A stretch of DNA of 64,000 nucleotides from Lama guanicoe. Its lineage: Eukaryota. Shown in pieces: positions 1 to 12,602 of the stretch (positions are counted from its first letter, which is position 1; the number at the start of each line of letters is the position of its first letter). Under the pieces are notes generated by a model. It was not told the DNA's origin. It made no database searches and was given only the letters and a program-made list of their open reading frames with translations. Where the stretch lies: NCBI GenBank assembly GCA_013239625.1, contig MU054338.1:4055371-4119370 (forward strand), in the 5' to 3' direction. Position numbers and translations under genes: made by a program.

Positions 1-41
1 TGGTGGTTGAGAATGAGCTACAGTTGCAGAAAATCTTTTCG
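1..41 (+). CDS. ACSBG2: ACSBG2 coding exon, 5'-truncated by window edge (about exon 5)
   Basis: Frame from nt 3 reads VVENELQLQKIFS, like the bubblegum-family VENDxQLQKIL motif; donor TCG|GTAAAC at 42, phase 0. Confidence 0.9.
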
Positions 42-1530
42 GTAAACCCTCTACCCAGTGCTGCCTGCCAGTCACCTGGGGGTGGGGAGGGGCGAACCTC
101 AGGGCTCTGACCAGGTGCCCTGTAGCTTCCAGGGAGATGATAATGATCAGGTAGGGTGGCGGGACTTGCCCCAAGCACAGGTTCAGTACCAATCCCCCAC
201 GACCACTTTTGGAATAACTGGCAAAGCCACTTTGTAGGGGAGTAGGGTGGAGTGGACAAGCTTAATTTCCAATTCATATTAATTTCCTACTCGGCTTCCA
301 TTTAAAAAAGGTGTCTGTGTATTATTCTATATACAGTCCACTGTTTACTATTTTTCTTTTAGAAATGTATATCTTTGAAGCTTTGCAATCCTTATAATCT
401 TCATCTCTTACAACTGTCCTCATTTCTGAAATGTTTTTGCCTTTCTCTTCCATTTCTTTCCTAAGTTCTACCACTCCATTTTACTTCTGACGTCTGGCTC
501 TCCCCCTGGGTACTTGTATGTTTGCTTTGTGTTCTTCCTAACCAGCTGCGTTTACCTCATTACATCTTACATTTTATGTTGAAATACTGGGTGGTAATTT
601 TCCTTTGCTTCGGGGTGACTTTCCTTGGTGTCCAGTGAAATAGGACTCCTCCTCATTCCTTTTTTTCCCCTTGCAGTATCTTTGTATGGATGTTGTAGCA
701 ATGTTTCTGATTACTTGTGTTTGAATGAGCTGCAGCTGCCTGAACCAGCTTTTGGCAGAATGACCCTAAGGGGCAGGGGGTCCTGGGAAGGGGTGAGCCT
801 AGATGACCAGACTTCTTGCTTGGCCTAAGAGCCACTGTGACAGTTTCTTTAATACCATACTCCATCTCTTCTGAGTTAACATTTCTCCACTTTTTAACAT
901 CCTTGGAGTTGAGATGTGTCTTGCCGTCTGCGGCATCCTAACACTGTTGGCCATGTGTCTTCCCACATTTTAACTTCTCTGGAATGAAAGTAGATTTTCC
1001 AGACTTGATGAAATCCAGTTAGACTCACTTTTTCATTGGATTGGCTAGAGATGTCACAGACGCAACTCTCCTTCCTTTGTGTGAACAGGGTACAAGAATC
1101 CCACAGGCCTGGCCACTTGAAGCTCACAGTTCTAGGTTTAAGTAGAGTTCTGAACCTGCCCCAGGTTCAGCCACCTTCATGGAGGATTTTCATGGCCTGA
1201 CTCCAACTAGAAGGTTAGCTGGATCTTGGTGCCAGGTGAGGAAGAGCTGGGAGGGACATCCTTCACTTAACCAACCAAGACCCACACGGTGTAGCTGAAT
1301 TCAGGGGGCTGTTGTCCTCATCCATCTTTAACAGCTGCAGTCTACTGACACCGACCACAAAGAACCCAGTGGTTCTAAGAGCAAGTTGCTTAGTGTCAGT
1401 CAAGACAAAGAGCAACGTTTCAGTGTGCAAGGGAGAGGAGAGAGGCTGGGGTCCCTGTGAAAGAGAAAATTCACTCCCTGCTCTGCCAGGGCTGGGTTGC
1501 CAATTAGATCCACGCAGAACTTTCTTTTAG

Positions 1531-1617
1531 ATTCCGAAGAACAGGATACAGACCCTAAAAGCAATCATCCAGTACAGACTGCCGGTGAAGGAGACCAAAA
1601 ATTACAACCTGTACTCT
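1531..1617 (+). CDS. ACSBG2: ACSBG2 coding exon (about exon 6), 87 nt
   Basis: Acceptor tttcttttag|; IPKNRIQTLKAIIQYRLPVKETKNYNLYS; donor |GTAAGT; phase 0-0. Absent from the ORF track because it is short. Confidence 0.93.
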
Positions 1618-1667
1618 GTAAGTGTGCGAGGGGGCACTGAGCAAAGGTGAGGGCAGGGCCTTGAAAT

Positions 1668-1800
1668 GGAAGTGGGCGGGGACTCAAAAGGAAGTGGGTG
1701 GTGAGAAAGGGAGAGGGCGGGGCCACTGAAGGGACATGGGCGGGGACTCAAAAGGGAGAGGGGGAGCAAGGAAGAGGGCGGGGCCATACAACGGAAGTGG
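1668..1800 (+). promoter_or_regulatory. Intronic cluster of GC-boxes and ETS cores within a degenerate 61-64 bp repeat
   Basis: GGGCGGGG at 1674, 1715, 1738, 1776; GGAAGTG at 1668, 1690, 1793; TGGGCGGGGACTCAAAAGG occurs twice. Confidence 0.45.
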
Positions 1801-3041
1801 GTGAGGCTGTCGAGAGGATTTTTTCTGGCATTAAGGGTCTTACTTGTGGGAAGGTGTGTTTTCTGGTTATTTATTGCTGTGTAACATATCAGGCGTGTTA
1901 AAATTCACATTACTTTAAGTTTAAAAATTTAATTTATATTCAAACCAGAATTATAAATTTATTTTCCTGGCTTTAATAGACACAAAGTCATTTTTTTTAA
2001 AAACCATTAGCCATTTTTAATATATACAAATATGTATATAGGGGTGCACATTTCTGCTATGGCTTGGACAAACAGCCCTGTTGGAGCCTGTCTTTATTTA
2101 AAATTTTGATGTTTTGTCCACCATGGATTTGCTTTGCTTTGACAGTGACTTTAAAAATATTGCATTAAAATATTTATCTTGATTGCCAAGCGTCTTTTTG
2201 GCATCCCCCCAAGTTTTGCACCCAGGAAGCCCCTGGTCCTCACTCTGGTCCCGACACTGCTGCTGGGGCTCCGCCAGCACGTTTCTGGGTCTCTTTGGGG
2301 TGTCTCCATGCGATGTCTCCAGTAGGATGACTTCAGGACCTCTGGACTCATTTGGTGGCTCAGATCTCCAGAGAGGATGTTTTGAGGGAGAGAAACATCC
2401 AGGGGGAAGCTGTCCTGCCTTTAATGACCTATTCTTGGAAGTAGAATATGGCCCATCAAGGCCAACACATGGACACAGAGTCCACCTCTCACCGAGAGAG
2501 GGACAAGGCTTCTGAAGAGTGTGTGACATCATAAATGCTGTCACAGTCAACTTTTTGAAAATTCACTCTGCCTCAGGGTCTTCAACAGTCAGAAAATGTT
2601 TGGGTGCAAGCAACAGAGACCCACTTATGCCAAAGGAAGGGTTTTTTGTTCTCATCTTTTAAGGATACAATGAGTTAACTCACAGAAGCCAGGGCAGGAG
2701 GCCTGTGACGGGCCAGGACAAGCTCCGGTTAATTTCCACGAGGTTACTGGGCCAGGAAAGCCACTACCCAAATCAGAAGCCCTAAAATGTCATGGAGTTT
2801 ATCTGGTTTGCCCTCCGCGCAAGTGGGAGGAAACATGTCAGTGATCCTTTCTGGCCAAAGCGCTCACCAGCTTTCACACGTTTCAGAAAATATTTGAATA
2901 TTAAGACCAGAACGATGACTAACCAAGTAAGACAAATGATCAGAATTGTAGACTTTTTAGAGGTTAAAAATGACCATCACAGCAGCATACCTTAAGCCGG
3001 GATAACATAAATAACTCATTTGTCAGAAACAGTACTTACAG

Positions 3042-3247
3042 CAGGGGTTCTCAACCTCGCGGGCAACTGGCTGGAAGACTCTTTGTGGGGGGCTGTCCCA
3101 TGCATTGCAAGATGTTGAGCAGCATCCCGGGCCTCCACCTACCAGACGCCAGCAGCGGCTCCCAGCTGAAACAATCACAGCTATCTCAGACGTTGCCTAA
3201 TGTCCCCTGGGCGGGGGGGACAATATCGCCCCTGGTTGAGGACAATG
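3042..3247 (-). mobile_element. MER20-like hAT DNA transposon (MITE)
   Basis: Termini CAGGGGTTCTCAACC / GGTTGAGGACAATG; internal similarity to MER20; degenerate 8-bp TSD ACTTACAG / ATTTATAG. Confidence 0.8.
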
Positions 3248-3884
3248 ATTTATAGGGGAGTTTTGTGACACAGAATAGTATCCACTTCTCTGCAAGGGTA
3301 AGTAGAACCCACCATTTTTGATTCAATTTAGAAAAACATTCATTACAAGTAAGAGAAGAAGAAAGAGCCTGAGGAGGTAAAAGGTGAAGTTTGGGGGCAG
3401 AGGGATGGCAGATAAGACAATTAACTAACTGGGTGGGTTGTGATGCCTGGGACTGGACTTGTGACCAGTTTTCAAGAGAGAGGGTTGGACTGGACGAGAC
3501 TGGGTCTGGTGTCTACCCAATCCATCATCTGTGGCCATGGGAGGATGGGGTTCCACACAAGCCACCGGGGAGCACTCTTTGAGGGGAGGGCTTGGGGCAC
3601 CTCTCAGAGGAAGGACAAGGTCCCTCCGAAGGCCTGTGTCTGCTGCTCTCACCACTGCCCTCCCCATCAGAGATGCGCTTCCAGAGGGGCCAGCGTTGCC
3701 CTGAGCAGGCTGCAGGCCGTGCTGGCCGTTTCCAGAGGACCTGGACTGCCCTCTATCTTGCAGACAGGACGTTACCCTCCAGAGCCTCATGGGGCGGCTC
3801 AGAGGTAGAATTTTTGCAGGGCCCAGGGTAAACGGTTCACACAGCCCAGCAGTTCCTTCCGAGGCACCAAATTCTCAGGTAATT

Positions 3885-4005
3885 AAGAGCAAAGGCTCTG
3901 GAGTCAGACCACCTTGGGTTAGAATGCTAGTCCCTCTACTTGCTCTGTGACCCTGGGCAAGTAACTTACCACCTCTGAGCCTCAGCTCCTTCATGTGCCA
4001 CAGGG
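3885..4005 (+). mobile_element. MIR SINE
   Basis: GCTCTGGAGTCAGAC...TGTGACCCTGGGCAAGTAACTTA...CTCTGAGCCTCAG core. Confidence 0.75.
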
Positions 4006-4499
4006 AGAGGATGTATCTACTACCAGCAAGGGTGCCTTTGGTTGCAAATGACAAAAGCCTGACCCCCAGGTGGCTTAAGCTTGCAAGATTACTTGCTGGC
4101 TCGTGTAACTACAACCCCCGGTGTGGATTTCAGGCACAGCTAGAACCAGAGGCTCGACTAATGTGACTGAGGCTCCAGTCTCCTCTCCTGGTGTCTTGGT
4201 TCCACCCCAGCCTTATAGTCCTGAGATGGTCTGGCAGCCCCTGGGGGTCACACCTTCTTCATGTTCAGATGATTCGTTCGTGTCCTAGCACCTCCTGGAA
4301 AAGCCCTGGCCTTCCCTGTGACTGCAGCACCCAAGGTCACGAGCCCAGACCCAGTCCAACCACTGTGGCCGAGGCAGACGGGACTCTCTGGCTTAAGCCA
4401 GTCAGGGTTGCCTTCAGCCGCATCAGTCTGGTAACGAAGGAGCTGGAGGTGCCAAGTGGAACCTGGGAAGGCAGAGGACAGACAATACTGAACCGCCCT

Positions 4500-4620
4500 G
4501 TTCTGAGCACTTTACTTGTATTAACTCACTTGCTGCTTAGAACCACCCAAGGAGTTGGGTTCTGACGCCATTCCCATTTTACAAATGAGGAAACTGAGGC
4601 CCGGGGAGCTTGAGTAGCCT
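4500..4620 (-). mobile_element. MIR SINE fragment
   Basis: CCCATTTTACAAATGAGGAAACTGAGGC, the reverse MIR core. Confidence 0.75.
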
Positions 4621-4848
4621 GGCCTGGGAAGTGGAGGAGCAGAAGCAAACATCTTAGGGCTCTCGTGAGAGGTACCAGGACTGGCGCAGCCCAAGCCTTT
4701 CCTCCTGCTGAGAACCACGCTTCAGGAGGGGCTGCTGGCGCCAGACGGGCCTGGGGAAGGGGAGCTCCCAGGGTGCTGAGGTCGATCCCACACCCCCAGG
4801 GTACCCTCACCCTGACACCCTTGTTTTGCTTGTCTTTTCTTTCCACAG

Positions 4849-4998
4849 TGGGACGATTTCATGGAACTTGGCAACAGCATCCCTGATTCCCAGCTGGACC
4901 AGATCATAGGGAGCCAGAAGGCCAACCAGTGTGCTGTGATCATCTACACTTCCGGGACCACGGGCCACCCCAAGGGAGCGATGCTGAGCCACGACAAC
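4849..4998 (+). CDS. ACSBG2: ACSBG2 coding exon (about exon 7) with AMP-binding P-loop
   Basis: Acceptor ttttctttccacag|; WDDFMELG...IIYTSGTTGHPKGAMLSHDN; donor |GTAAGT; 150 nt, phase 0-0. Confidence 0.97.
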
Positions 4999-5244
4999 GT
5001 AAGTGCTGTCTCCAGAGACAGGGATGAACCGGGCAGCTCCCTGAGGCCCTTCACTCTGGAGCAGTGGCCTTCAGGCTGCTTTCATTCCTGCCCCACAGGG
5101 ACACAGTGGCATTTAGGGGCCCAGCACACAGTAGGTCCAGAGCCCGTGGGATGTAGAGAGTCATGCAAACAGCTCCCAGGGGACGGCACAGCACAGGGGT
5201 TGAGATCAAGGATGCCAGAGCAGACCCAGCTCTACCCTCTTGCC

Positions 5245-5332
5245 CCAAGCCTCAGTTTCCTCATCTGTAAAATGGGTGTGATGTAACAGTCCCTGCCTCA
5301 TGGGTTGTTTTGAAGAGTAAATGAATTAATAT
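5245..5332 (+). mobile_element. MIR SINE fragment
   Basis: GCCTCAGTTTCCTCATCTGTAAAATGGG core. Confidence 0.75.
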
Positions 5333-5519
5333 CCAGAGAGGGGATGTTAAACACGTTAAAGCTCGTGGATGAACACTACGCAGAGCCCGGTGAGGTTTTT
5401 GTTAAAAACTGAAAAATGGCAGTGAGCAGCGTGCACGGTGTGAGGTTTCAAAGCAGGAAAGCGTCCGGTGGGACGTGCGCCCAACTCGCTCCGCTCTGTG
5501 AGTCAGAAATGCTGCTGGT

Positions 5520-5637
5520 TTGTTGGTTGGTGGTGTTTTGTAATTAAGCTTATTTATTTTTTAATGGAGGTACTGGAGACTGAACCCAGGACCTTGTGTA
5601 TGCTAAGCACGCGCTCTACCGCTGAGCTATTCTCTCC
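5520..5637 (-). mobile_element. Vic-1-type camelid tRNA-derived SINE
   Basis: Reverse complement reads ATAGCTCAGCGGTAGAGCGCGTGCTTAGCATACACAAGGTCCTGGGTTCAGTCTCCAGTACCTCCATT plus A-rich tail with TAATTAC; same family as the copy at 17372. Confidence 0.8.
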
Positions 5638-5744
5638 GCCAAGACTGCTAGTTGAAAAGAAGCGTTTCTATTTTACAAGAGCTTTCCCCACCAGCCTAGC
5701 TTAATAGTTGGCGTCACACACTGGACTTTGCACTGGCTGTTTCC

Positions 5745-6060
5745 TCCGCATGTAATCCTCCTTTCTCAGAGACTACATGGCCTGCTCCTTCACCTCCTCC
5801 AGCTCCCAGCTCAAACGTTACTGCCTCTGGGAAGCCCTCCCTGACTTCCACGTTTAGAATAGCAAACAAGAATAAAACACCCCATGAGTCCCTGACCCCT
5901 CTTTGGCTATTTTTCTTACACTGACATGTTATATAGTCACTTGTTTATCATGAACGTCAGTGCCTTGAGGGCAGGGGCTGTCTGTCTTGTTCACCACTGG
6001 GTCTCCAGTGCTCGGTGTATAGGGCGACACAATCCATTTTGCAGAATGACTGAATGAAAA
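5745..6060 (+). mobile_element. L2 LINE 3' end
   Basis: GAGGGCAGGGGCTGTCTGTCTTGTTCACCACTG...GAATGACTGAATGAA terminus. Confidence 0.65.
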
Positions 6061-6939
6061 GGAGCTGACTAGGCCCTGCCCCATCCTGGCCAGTATCCAC
6101 GCTCCCAGTGGCTTTGTGTCTGGTGAGATGCTCCCCTTGCGTAGGAGGGACAGAGGCAGAGCCCCTGGAGGGAGGCTGCCTGGATCTGAACCCTGGCCCT
6201 CCCACCTGCTACCTCTGTGACCTGAGAAGATTTCCCTAACTTCTCTGGCTTTGGTTCCCCATGTGTGAGTGGCTGCTGCCTCTCATAGAGTTGCTGTGAA
6301 GGTTTCCTAAAGTGTGTCAATTAGCGCTGGCTATGTAACAAACCATTCTAGAACTCAGCGACAGAAGACACCAGCAGCCTGCTATGTCTGGGTCTGGAAT
6401 TTGGGCAGGGCTCGGCAGAGGGTCTTATCTGCCCCACCAAGTGTCAGCTGGGTCACTTGGCTGGATTCAGCGGGCACCCAGGCTGGGCTGGAAGGTCCCA
6501 GGAGGGCTTCACTCACCTGTCTCACGTGGCCTGGGCTTTCTCACTGCACGGAGGCATCTAGGGTGCTGAACTTCTCAACACGGCACTGGCTCTCGAGGGC
6601 GAACATGCCTTGACCCGAAGGCAGGAGCTGCAGTCTACAAGGGCTCAACATCAGAAGTGACCTGGTGTCACCGAGCTCCACTCCGTTGGTGAAAACAAGT
6701 CACAAGACCAGCCCTGTGAAGGGAAACAGACTCCAGCTTCGGACAGGAGGGCTGGCAGGGAATTTGCAGCTGACTTAAACCTCCCGCATACACATGAGAA
6801 GCTCAGAACAACGGCTGGCATGCGGCGAGCCACAAAGATCTCAGCTGCTATTATTTAAAAATCACCATCATCTCCTTTCCAGCAAGTTAAAGCTAGTCCC
6901 ATATTCTCAACACATGTCCACAGCACAAGGTTTCTCCCA

Positions 6940-7130
6940 TGTATAGGCACTGTGCCAAGCTGAGATAAACACATTAACCCCTCCCAGAAACCCCACGAGG
7001 TGAGCCGAGTCGTGAACCCCTTTTACGGGCGGGGAAACTGAGGCTCAGAGATGGGAAATGACTTGCTCAAGGTCAGAGAGCAGAGAAAGGTCTGAGCCAG
7101 GATCTGAACGCACGAGTGTCTGAACCACTG
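6940..7130 (-). mobile_element. MIR SINE
   Basis: GGAAACTGAGGCTCAGAGA...TGACTTGCTCAAGGTCA reverse core. Confidence 0.7.
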
Positions 7131-7339
7131 TAAATTAGGGTCTCCACACACCCAGCCCCTTTTCTCAGCAGATGGGTACTGGGTTCCACGAACCACAGAG
7201 AGTGACAGTGCTTATGGGGGCAGAAGTAAAATTCTTCCTTCCTGAGGCCCAGAGAAAGAGGGGGAACGAACCTTGAGGGCCAGTTACTACAGGCCATGTG
7301 CCTTGCATGCTTCATTGCACTTAAACATCCCTTTGATTT

Positions 7340-7700
7340 CCTCATTCATTCATTCAACAGAAGTTTATTGGGCACCTGCTATGTGCTGGGAAAGCAGCTT
7401 TGGACAAAACAGACCCCATCACGGCCCTCGGGAAGACAGACAGGGAAGGAACAAATAAAACCCCTCGGGTTGTGGCGAGCAGTACCCAGGGGGTTAGACA
7501 GATGCTGGAAACATCAGTCTGGGTGGTGTGAGACAGCCTCTCTAAAGAGGCAGTGTTTAAGCTGAAATTTAGCATCCAAGGAGGCAGCTGTGGAGAGGGT
7601 TGGAGGAATAACATCCCAGGTGGAGGAAATAGCCAGTGCAAAGGCCCTGAGGCAGGAACTTGCCTGATGTGTTTGGAGGAACAGTGCAGTGGCCCGTGTG
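7340..7700 (-). mobile_element. L2 LINE 3' fragment
   Basis: CATTCATTCATTCAACA...TTTATTGGGCACCTGCTATGTGC...AGCCAGTGCAAAGGCCCTGAGGCAGGA. Confidence 0.7.
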
Positions 7701-8383
7701 GCTGGATTAACCAGGTAACTGTTCGCCAGAGATTTATGGTACCGGTAAGAAAACAGAGATTGTAAAATGATAAATATGCTAAGAGTTTACTTCAAGGTAT
7801 GCACTGGAGAAAGAAAAATACTGATAGGCTAATTGTTGGGGTGTTTACACGACGGGATTATGGGTGCCCTTATTGTTTGTGGGACGATGCTTGTTTCATA
7901 GTGTTATGTTGGACAAGAGGAGCCTCTGTGCTCATTTCACAGATGAGCGAATAGCAGCTGCAAGGGATTTTAAGCCAATAGCCCAGGGTCACTCAGCTGG
8001 CAAACGGTGGAGTCAGGATTCAACTCTGGGATACAGACTGAATCTATCAGATTTTCTGACTTTCTGGGTAGACATTCCGACTCTAGGGTTCTGCTGTTGG
8101 ATCCTAGGGCGTCTGGTAATTCCTGAATTTCACAGCTTCCCACGAACCCCCAGGCAAGCCAGTTAACTGCTCCATGCGTCCAGCTCCCCGTCCGTAACAT
8201 GGAGGGAACTGCGGTCACCCACCGTAGTGCATTCAGACGGGGACCGGCTGACTCAGTCTTTGTAATGCACCAGAGCAGTGCCCAGCATGCAGGAAGGGCT
8301 TTGTGTTTGTTCAATAACTGCATCTTCACGCCCCTCCAGCGAGGACGAGGCGCCCTGGGTCATAAGCCTGACTTGTGTTCCAG

Positions 8384-8560
8384 ATCACATGGATGGCAGG
8401 GGCGGCGGCGAAGGAGTGCAACCTGTCTTTAGCTCCCAAAAAGCAGGAGGTGGTGGTCAGCTACCTTCCGCTCAGCCACATTGCAGCTCAGATGATGGAT
8501 GTCTGGATACCCATGAAGGTCGGGGCTTCCATCTACTTTGCTCAACCAGACGCACTCAAG
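8384..8560 (+). CDS. ACSBG2: ACSBG2 coding exon (about exon 8)
   Basis: Acceptor tgttccag|; ITWMAG...VVSYLPLSHIAAQMMDVW...FAQPDALK; donor AAG|GTATTA; 177 nt. Confidence 0.97.
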
Positions 8561-9217
8561 GTATTAAGGTCAAGGGCCACGTGGATGGGTGGTTGGTTCT
8601 GTCGAGCCCCAGGCCTAGGGCTCGTTCTCTGTCCTCACCTCGTGCTCCCAGTTAGCAGCATCTGAAACCACTGACCACTTTATTTTAGTGTTCGTCTTCA
8701 TCCAAGTCACAGTACCCACATATGGCTGTACAGACTGTACACCGAACAATCTAAGAGTAAGATGTGAACGGTACTGAAGGCAGAATGTGTATGCACGTAT
8801 GTAGTTTTGTTTGTTTGTTTAAAGTCAGTGTTCCTAACTGCAGAAAACTCCCCAAACCAAATGCTTTTGGCAGTTAAATCTCACCATGACTGATGTGGAG
8901 CTGTTTGTAGTCTTCATTTTATCCCACTTACTTGGGAATCTGCGTCTCTGCAGAAATATTAACGTGATGGATGTCAGCCGGCTTGCCCAGACACCACTGT
9001 GGGATTCATGTAACACCTGAAATATGCACCATGTTACCTTTCTGAAGGCCAGATAACTCTAATTCCAAAATACATCTGGCCCCAAGGGTTTGAGATAAGG
9101 AAGTCTGGACCTGGTCTAATCAACCAAGAGAAGGTTCTCCTGGGATGAGCTGAAGTGGCTGAGGAGAGAGGGACCTCTGCGGTGCAGGTGTGGCTAACCC
9201 AGCTCTGTCCCCTGCAG

Positions 9218-9399
9218 GGCACCTTGGTCAACACTCTGCAGGAGGTAAAGCCTACTGCCTTCATGGGGGTGCCCCGAATTTGGGAGAAGATGCATGAGAA
9301 GATAAAGGAAGCTGCTTCCAAATCTTCAAGCTTGAGGAAAAAGGTGTTTTCATGGGCAAGAAATGTTGGTTTAAAGATCAACACAAAAAGGATGCTGGG
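9218..9399 (+). CDS. ACSBG2: ACSBG2 coding exon (about exon 9)
   Basis: Acceptor cccctgcag|; GTLVNTLQEVKPTAFMGVPRIWEK...KRMLG; donor GG|GTAAGA; 182 nt, ends in phase 2. Confidence 0.97.
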
Positions 9400-9505
9400 G
9401 TAAGAGATGGATCCAGTGGGGCCAGGCGTGGGGGGCACTGGGGTGTGCTCAGCCTTCCCCAGCTATCCATGGCTGCAGAGCGCTCCCTGGCATTCGTGTT
9501 CACAG

Positions 9506-9739
9506 GGCTCATGACACGCCCATGAGCTACCGCATGGCCAAGGCCCTCGTGTTCAGCAAAGTCAAGAGCAGCCTGGGCCTGGATCACTGCCACATTTTTA
9601 TCAGTGGGGCCGCGCCCCTCAACCAAGAGACATCAGAGTTCTTTCTGAGCCTGGACATACCGATAGGCGAGGTGTATGGCTTGAGCGAAAGCACAGGGCC
9701 CCACTCCATGTCCACCCCGGAGAACTACAGGATTCTCAG
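9506..9739 (+). CDS. ACSBG2: ACSBG2 coding exon (about exon 10)
   Basis: Acceptor gttcacag|; AHDTPMSY...ISGAAPL...IGEVYGLSESTGPH (adenylate-forming YGxSE motif); donor AG|GTACCT; 234 nt, phase 2-2. Confidence 0.97.
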
Positions 9740-10659
9740 GTACCTGCCTCCCGGGCGGATTCCCGCTCCTCCAGCAACACCGGGTCAAAGGGATGAAGAC
9801 GGCGGGCGGGGCGGGCGGTGGGCCTCTGGGCTAAGACGAATCCTGACTTGGTGTCTCCAGAATGACCCCTGTTCTCCAGCCTCCAAGGCCCCAATCTTCA
9901 TGGCTGTGGGAAGCCCCAGTTTGTCCCAGAGCCTGTGGACAAGGGGAAGGGCTCTCAGAATGTTCTGTGGACCCTCCCCTATTTGTCACTTGCGGGCTCT
10001 GCCTCCAGACTGCCCACCCCAAGCTTGCCTCCTGAGGCTGCAGGACCCTTCATCTCCATGATGCTTTATCTCAAAAGCATCCTCAGGCCCTTTCTGGATT
10101 TCTTCCAAGCTCGGCTCACCTCAGGCTGCAGGACTGCACCCCGTGACACTGAAACAGCAAGACTACCAAAGGCAGGTTCACTCTGAGTCTGAGAGCCATG
10201 TTTCTTCCCAGGACCTTCTGGTTGTGTCCTTCCCTGACCCCGCCCTGCTGCCACACCACAAGTCTCACTCTCCCCTCCTGCTTGGCCAGGTTCTGGCTGC
10301 CTCTGAACTTAGCTAAAACGGGGCTCAGTCTTCCTAGTCCGGCAAAACCACCTCCTGCCCCTTATTTTTACTCTGCACATCAGTTTCTCCCCCTCCGCTC
10401 CATAACCTTATCTGGGTGTTTTCTGCAGAACCCAAATGCCCACTGGAGTTTTTCCAGAACCAAAGAGTGGTCCTTCCTTAAAGAGAAGAGACACTGTCCC
10501 AATCCTGGAGGAAAAGTACACATTTCAGCCTCTATCTTCAATTATCTTTTTCCCAACAAGGAATACATGCATATGTCAAAAATATACAGGTCAGAAGGTA
10601 TGAAATGCTAAGAGTGAAAGGCGCCCTCCCTCCCACCCCACAGCTCCAGTTCACTTCCT

Positions 10660-11090
10660 GTGAGCTTGCTAGGGCTGCTGTACGGAAGTTCCACCAACTC
10701 CCACAACAGAGACTAGGAGTCCGAGATCAAGGTGTTGGCAGGGCTGGTTCTTTCCGAAACCTGTCAGGGAGAATCTATTCCAAGCCTCTCTCCCAGCTTC
10801 TGGTGGTGTGCTGGCAAGCTCTGGCATGCCTCGGCTAGCAGAAGCATCGTCCTAGTTAACTGCCTTCATTGTCATGTGGCCTTCTCCCTGTGTGTGTCTG
10901 GGTCCAAATGTCCTTTTTTTATAAGGACACCAGTCATACTGGATTTGGGGCCACCCTATTCTGGTGTGACCTCCCACAACAACTCTATTTCCAATAAGGT
11001 TACATTCTGAGGTATTGGGGATTAGGACTTCAACACAGGAACTGGGTGGTGGGTGGGGAATGGGAGGAGCAGACACGGTTCAACCCGCGA
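10660..11090. mobile_element. MLT1-type MaLR solo LTR
   Basis: AGTCCGAGATCAAGGTGTTGGCAGGGCTGGTTC...ATAAGGACACCAGTCATACTGGATT...ACATTCTGAGGTATTGGGGATTAGGACTTCAACA. Confidence 0.8.
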
Positions 11091-12602
11091 TGCCCTCCCA
11101 GGGGCACAGCAACCACAGCATGCTCTTTTGAGTTAGCCTGGCCTAAGCGGTGCATCGCTTTATACACACACGTACTTCTATCCCACATGGAAACATTTTC
11201 CACCTAAAAATGGACACGAACTTTCCCTTTCTGAACTATTGCTTGCTGTCTGGAGCTCAAGAACCAAACGCACTCAAATAACATGGTAACCTTGACTATC
11301 TGGATTAATAACACAAAATTCCACTCAGTCCTAACTCACGCTATCCAAGCTCAGGAACCAAATGGATTTAGTTACTAAGGGATTCGTATTTTGTAGGGAA
11401 TGTTCCGTAACAATGCAGAGCTGCCTCATTTTAAACAGCCGCGCTGTATTCCACTAGATGGATGTACTACGATTTTATTTAACTAGGCCTCTTACTCGTG
11501 GATATTTAGGGCTTTTCCCCCAACCAACTGTCACTGTGGCTGATGCTAAAGTGAATGCTTTGTATAGGCACCAAATATTTTGCTAAATCAATTAGTAAAA
11601 AATGGTATCTCAACGTCACTTTCATTGATATTCCTTGTATCATGAGTGAAGTTGAAAAAACTGTTTCCTAATATAAAGGCCATTTTTATTTAATGTTCTC
11701 TGAACTCTGGCCATGTCATCTGCCCAAGTTAAATACTGGACCCTCAGTCCTTTTATTATTGGTTTGTTGGCACTCTTTAAGTCTTAAGAAACTCAGCCCT
11801 CATTGTCTTTGCTGTAAGTGGCAGATATTTCACCCCTAGGTTTGTCATTGGTATTTTGGTTTTAGTTAAGGAGTTCTTTGCTGTGCAGATTTTTTTTTTA
11901 TCCTTACCTGGTTGAATTCGTCAAACTTTCATAGATTCTGAGTTTTTCTACATTCCTTGAAAAGCTCTTTGTTGTAAGGAGGCTCTTAGTAAATTTTAAA
12001 CTTCTCAGGCCTGCCTTCTTTTTTCCTGCTAAGAGAATCCCCACACTTAACCCTAAAACCACTGACCCTTCTCACTGCCAGTAAAAGAGATCTCAGCAAG
12101 GCAGTAAGAAAATACTTCCTTTTCTGCCAGCCTCCTAAGCGTTCTCTCTAGCAGAAGCAATTTTAGAGCCAGATCTTGGGTTGTGCTGTTCCGTCCTGTG
12201 GAAGGAACTTTAACCTCTAGAGAGATTCCGGTTGGTTGTTTTACTTAATTCAGCTGGTCACAGGGTACAGGTTGACATATCTGCTTTCTGAAAGATGAGG
12301 GGGTTCTGCTGCTGTTTTTAAGCCAGGAGCACTCTGTCCTTCTCCCGTTTATGTGAAGATAAGAGCAATCTACAACTCTGCTGGGTTTCCCAGTTCACAA
12401 AGTGATCGAGACTTTGCCTCACTTGATTGAACAGGCCCTCCCTCCTTCATTCGCTAAACACCCCCTTGTGCCCACCAGGTCCAGGAGACCCAGCCAGGCC
12501 AGCTGAGCAGGGTGTTAGGTGCCCGGGCCGCAGACCCAGGCTGACCTGGGTGGATGATCTCGTCTCTCCGAGCCTCAGTGCCTCCTTCCCCTCCCCTGGC
12601 AG

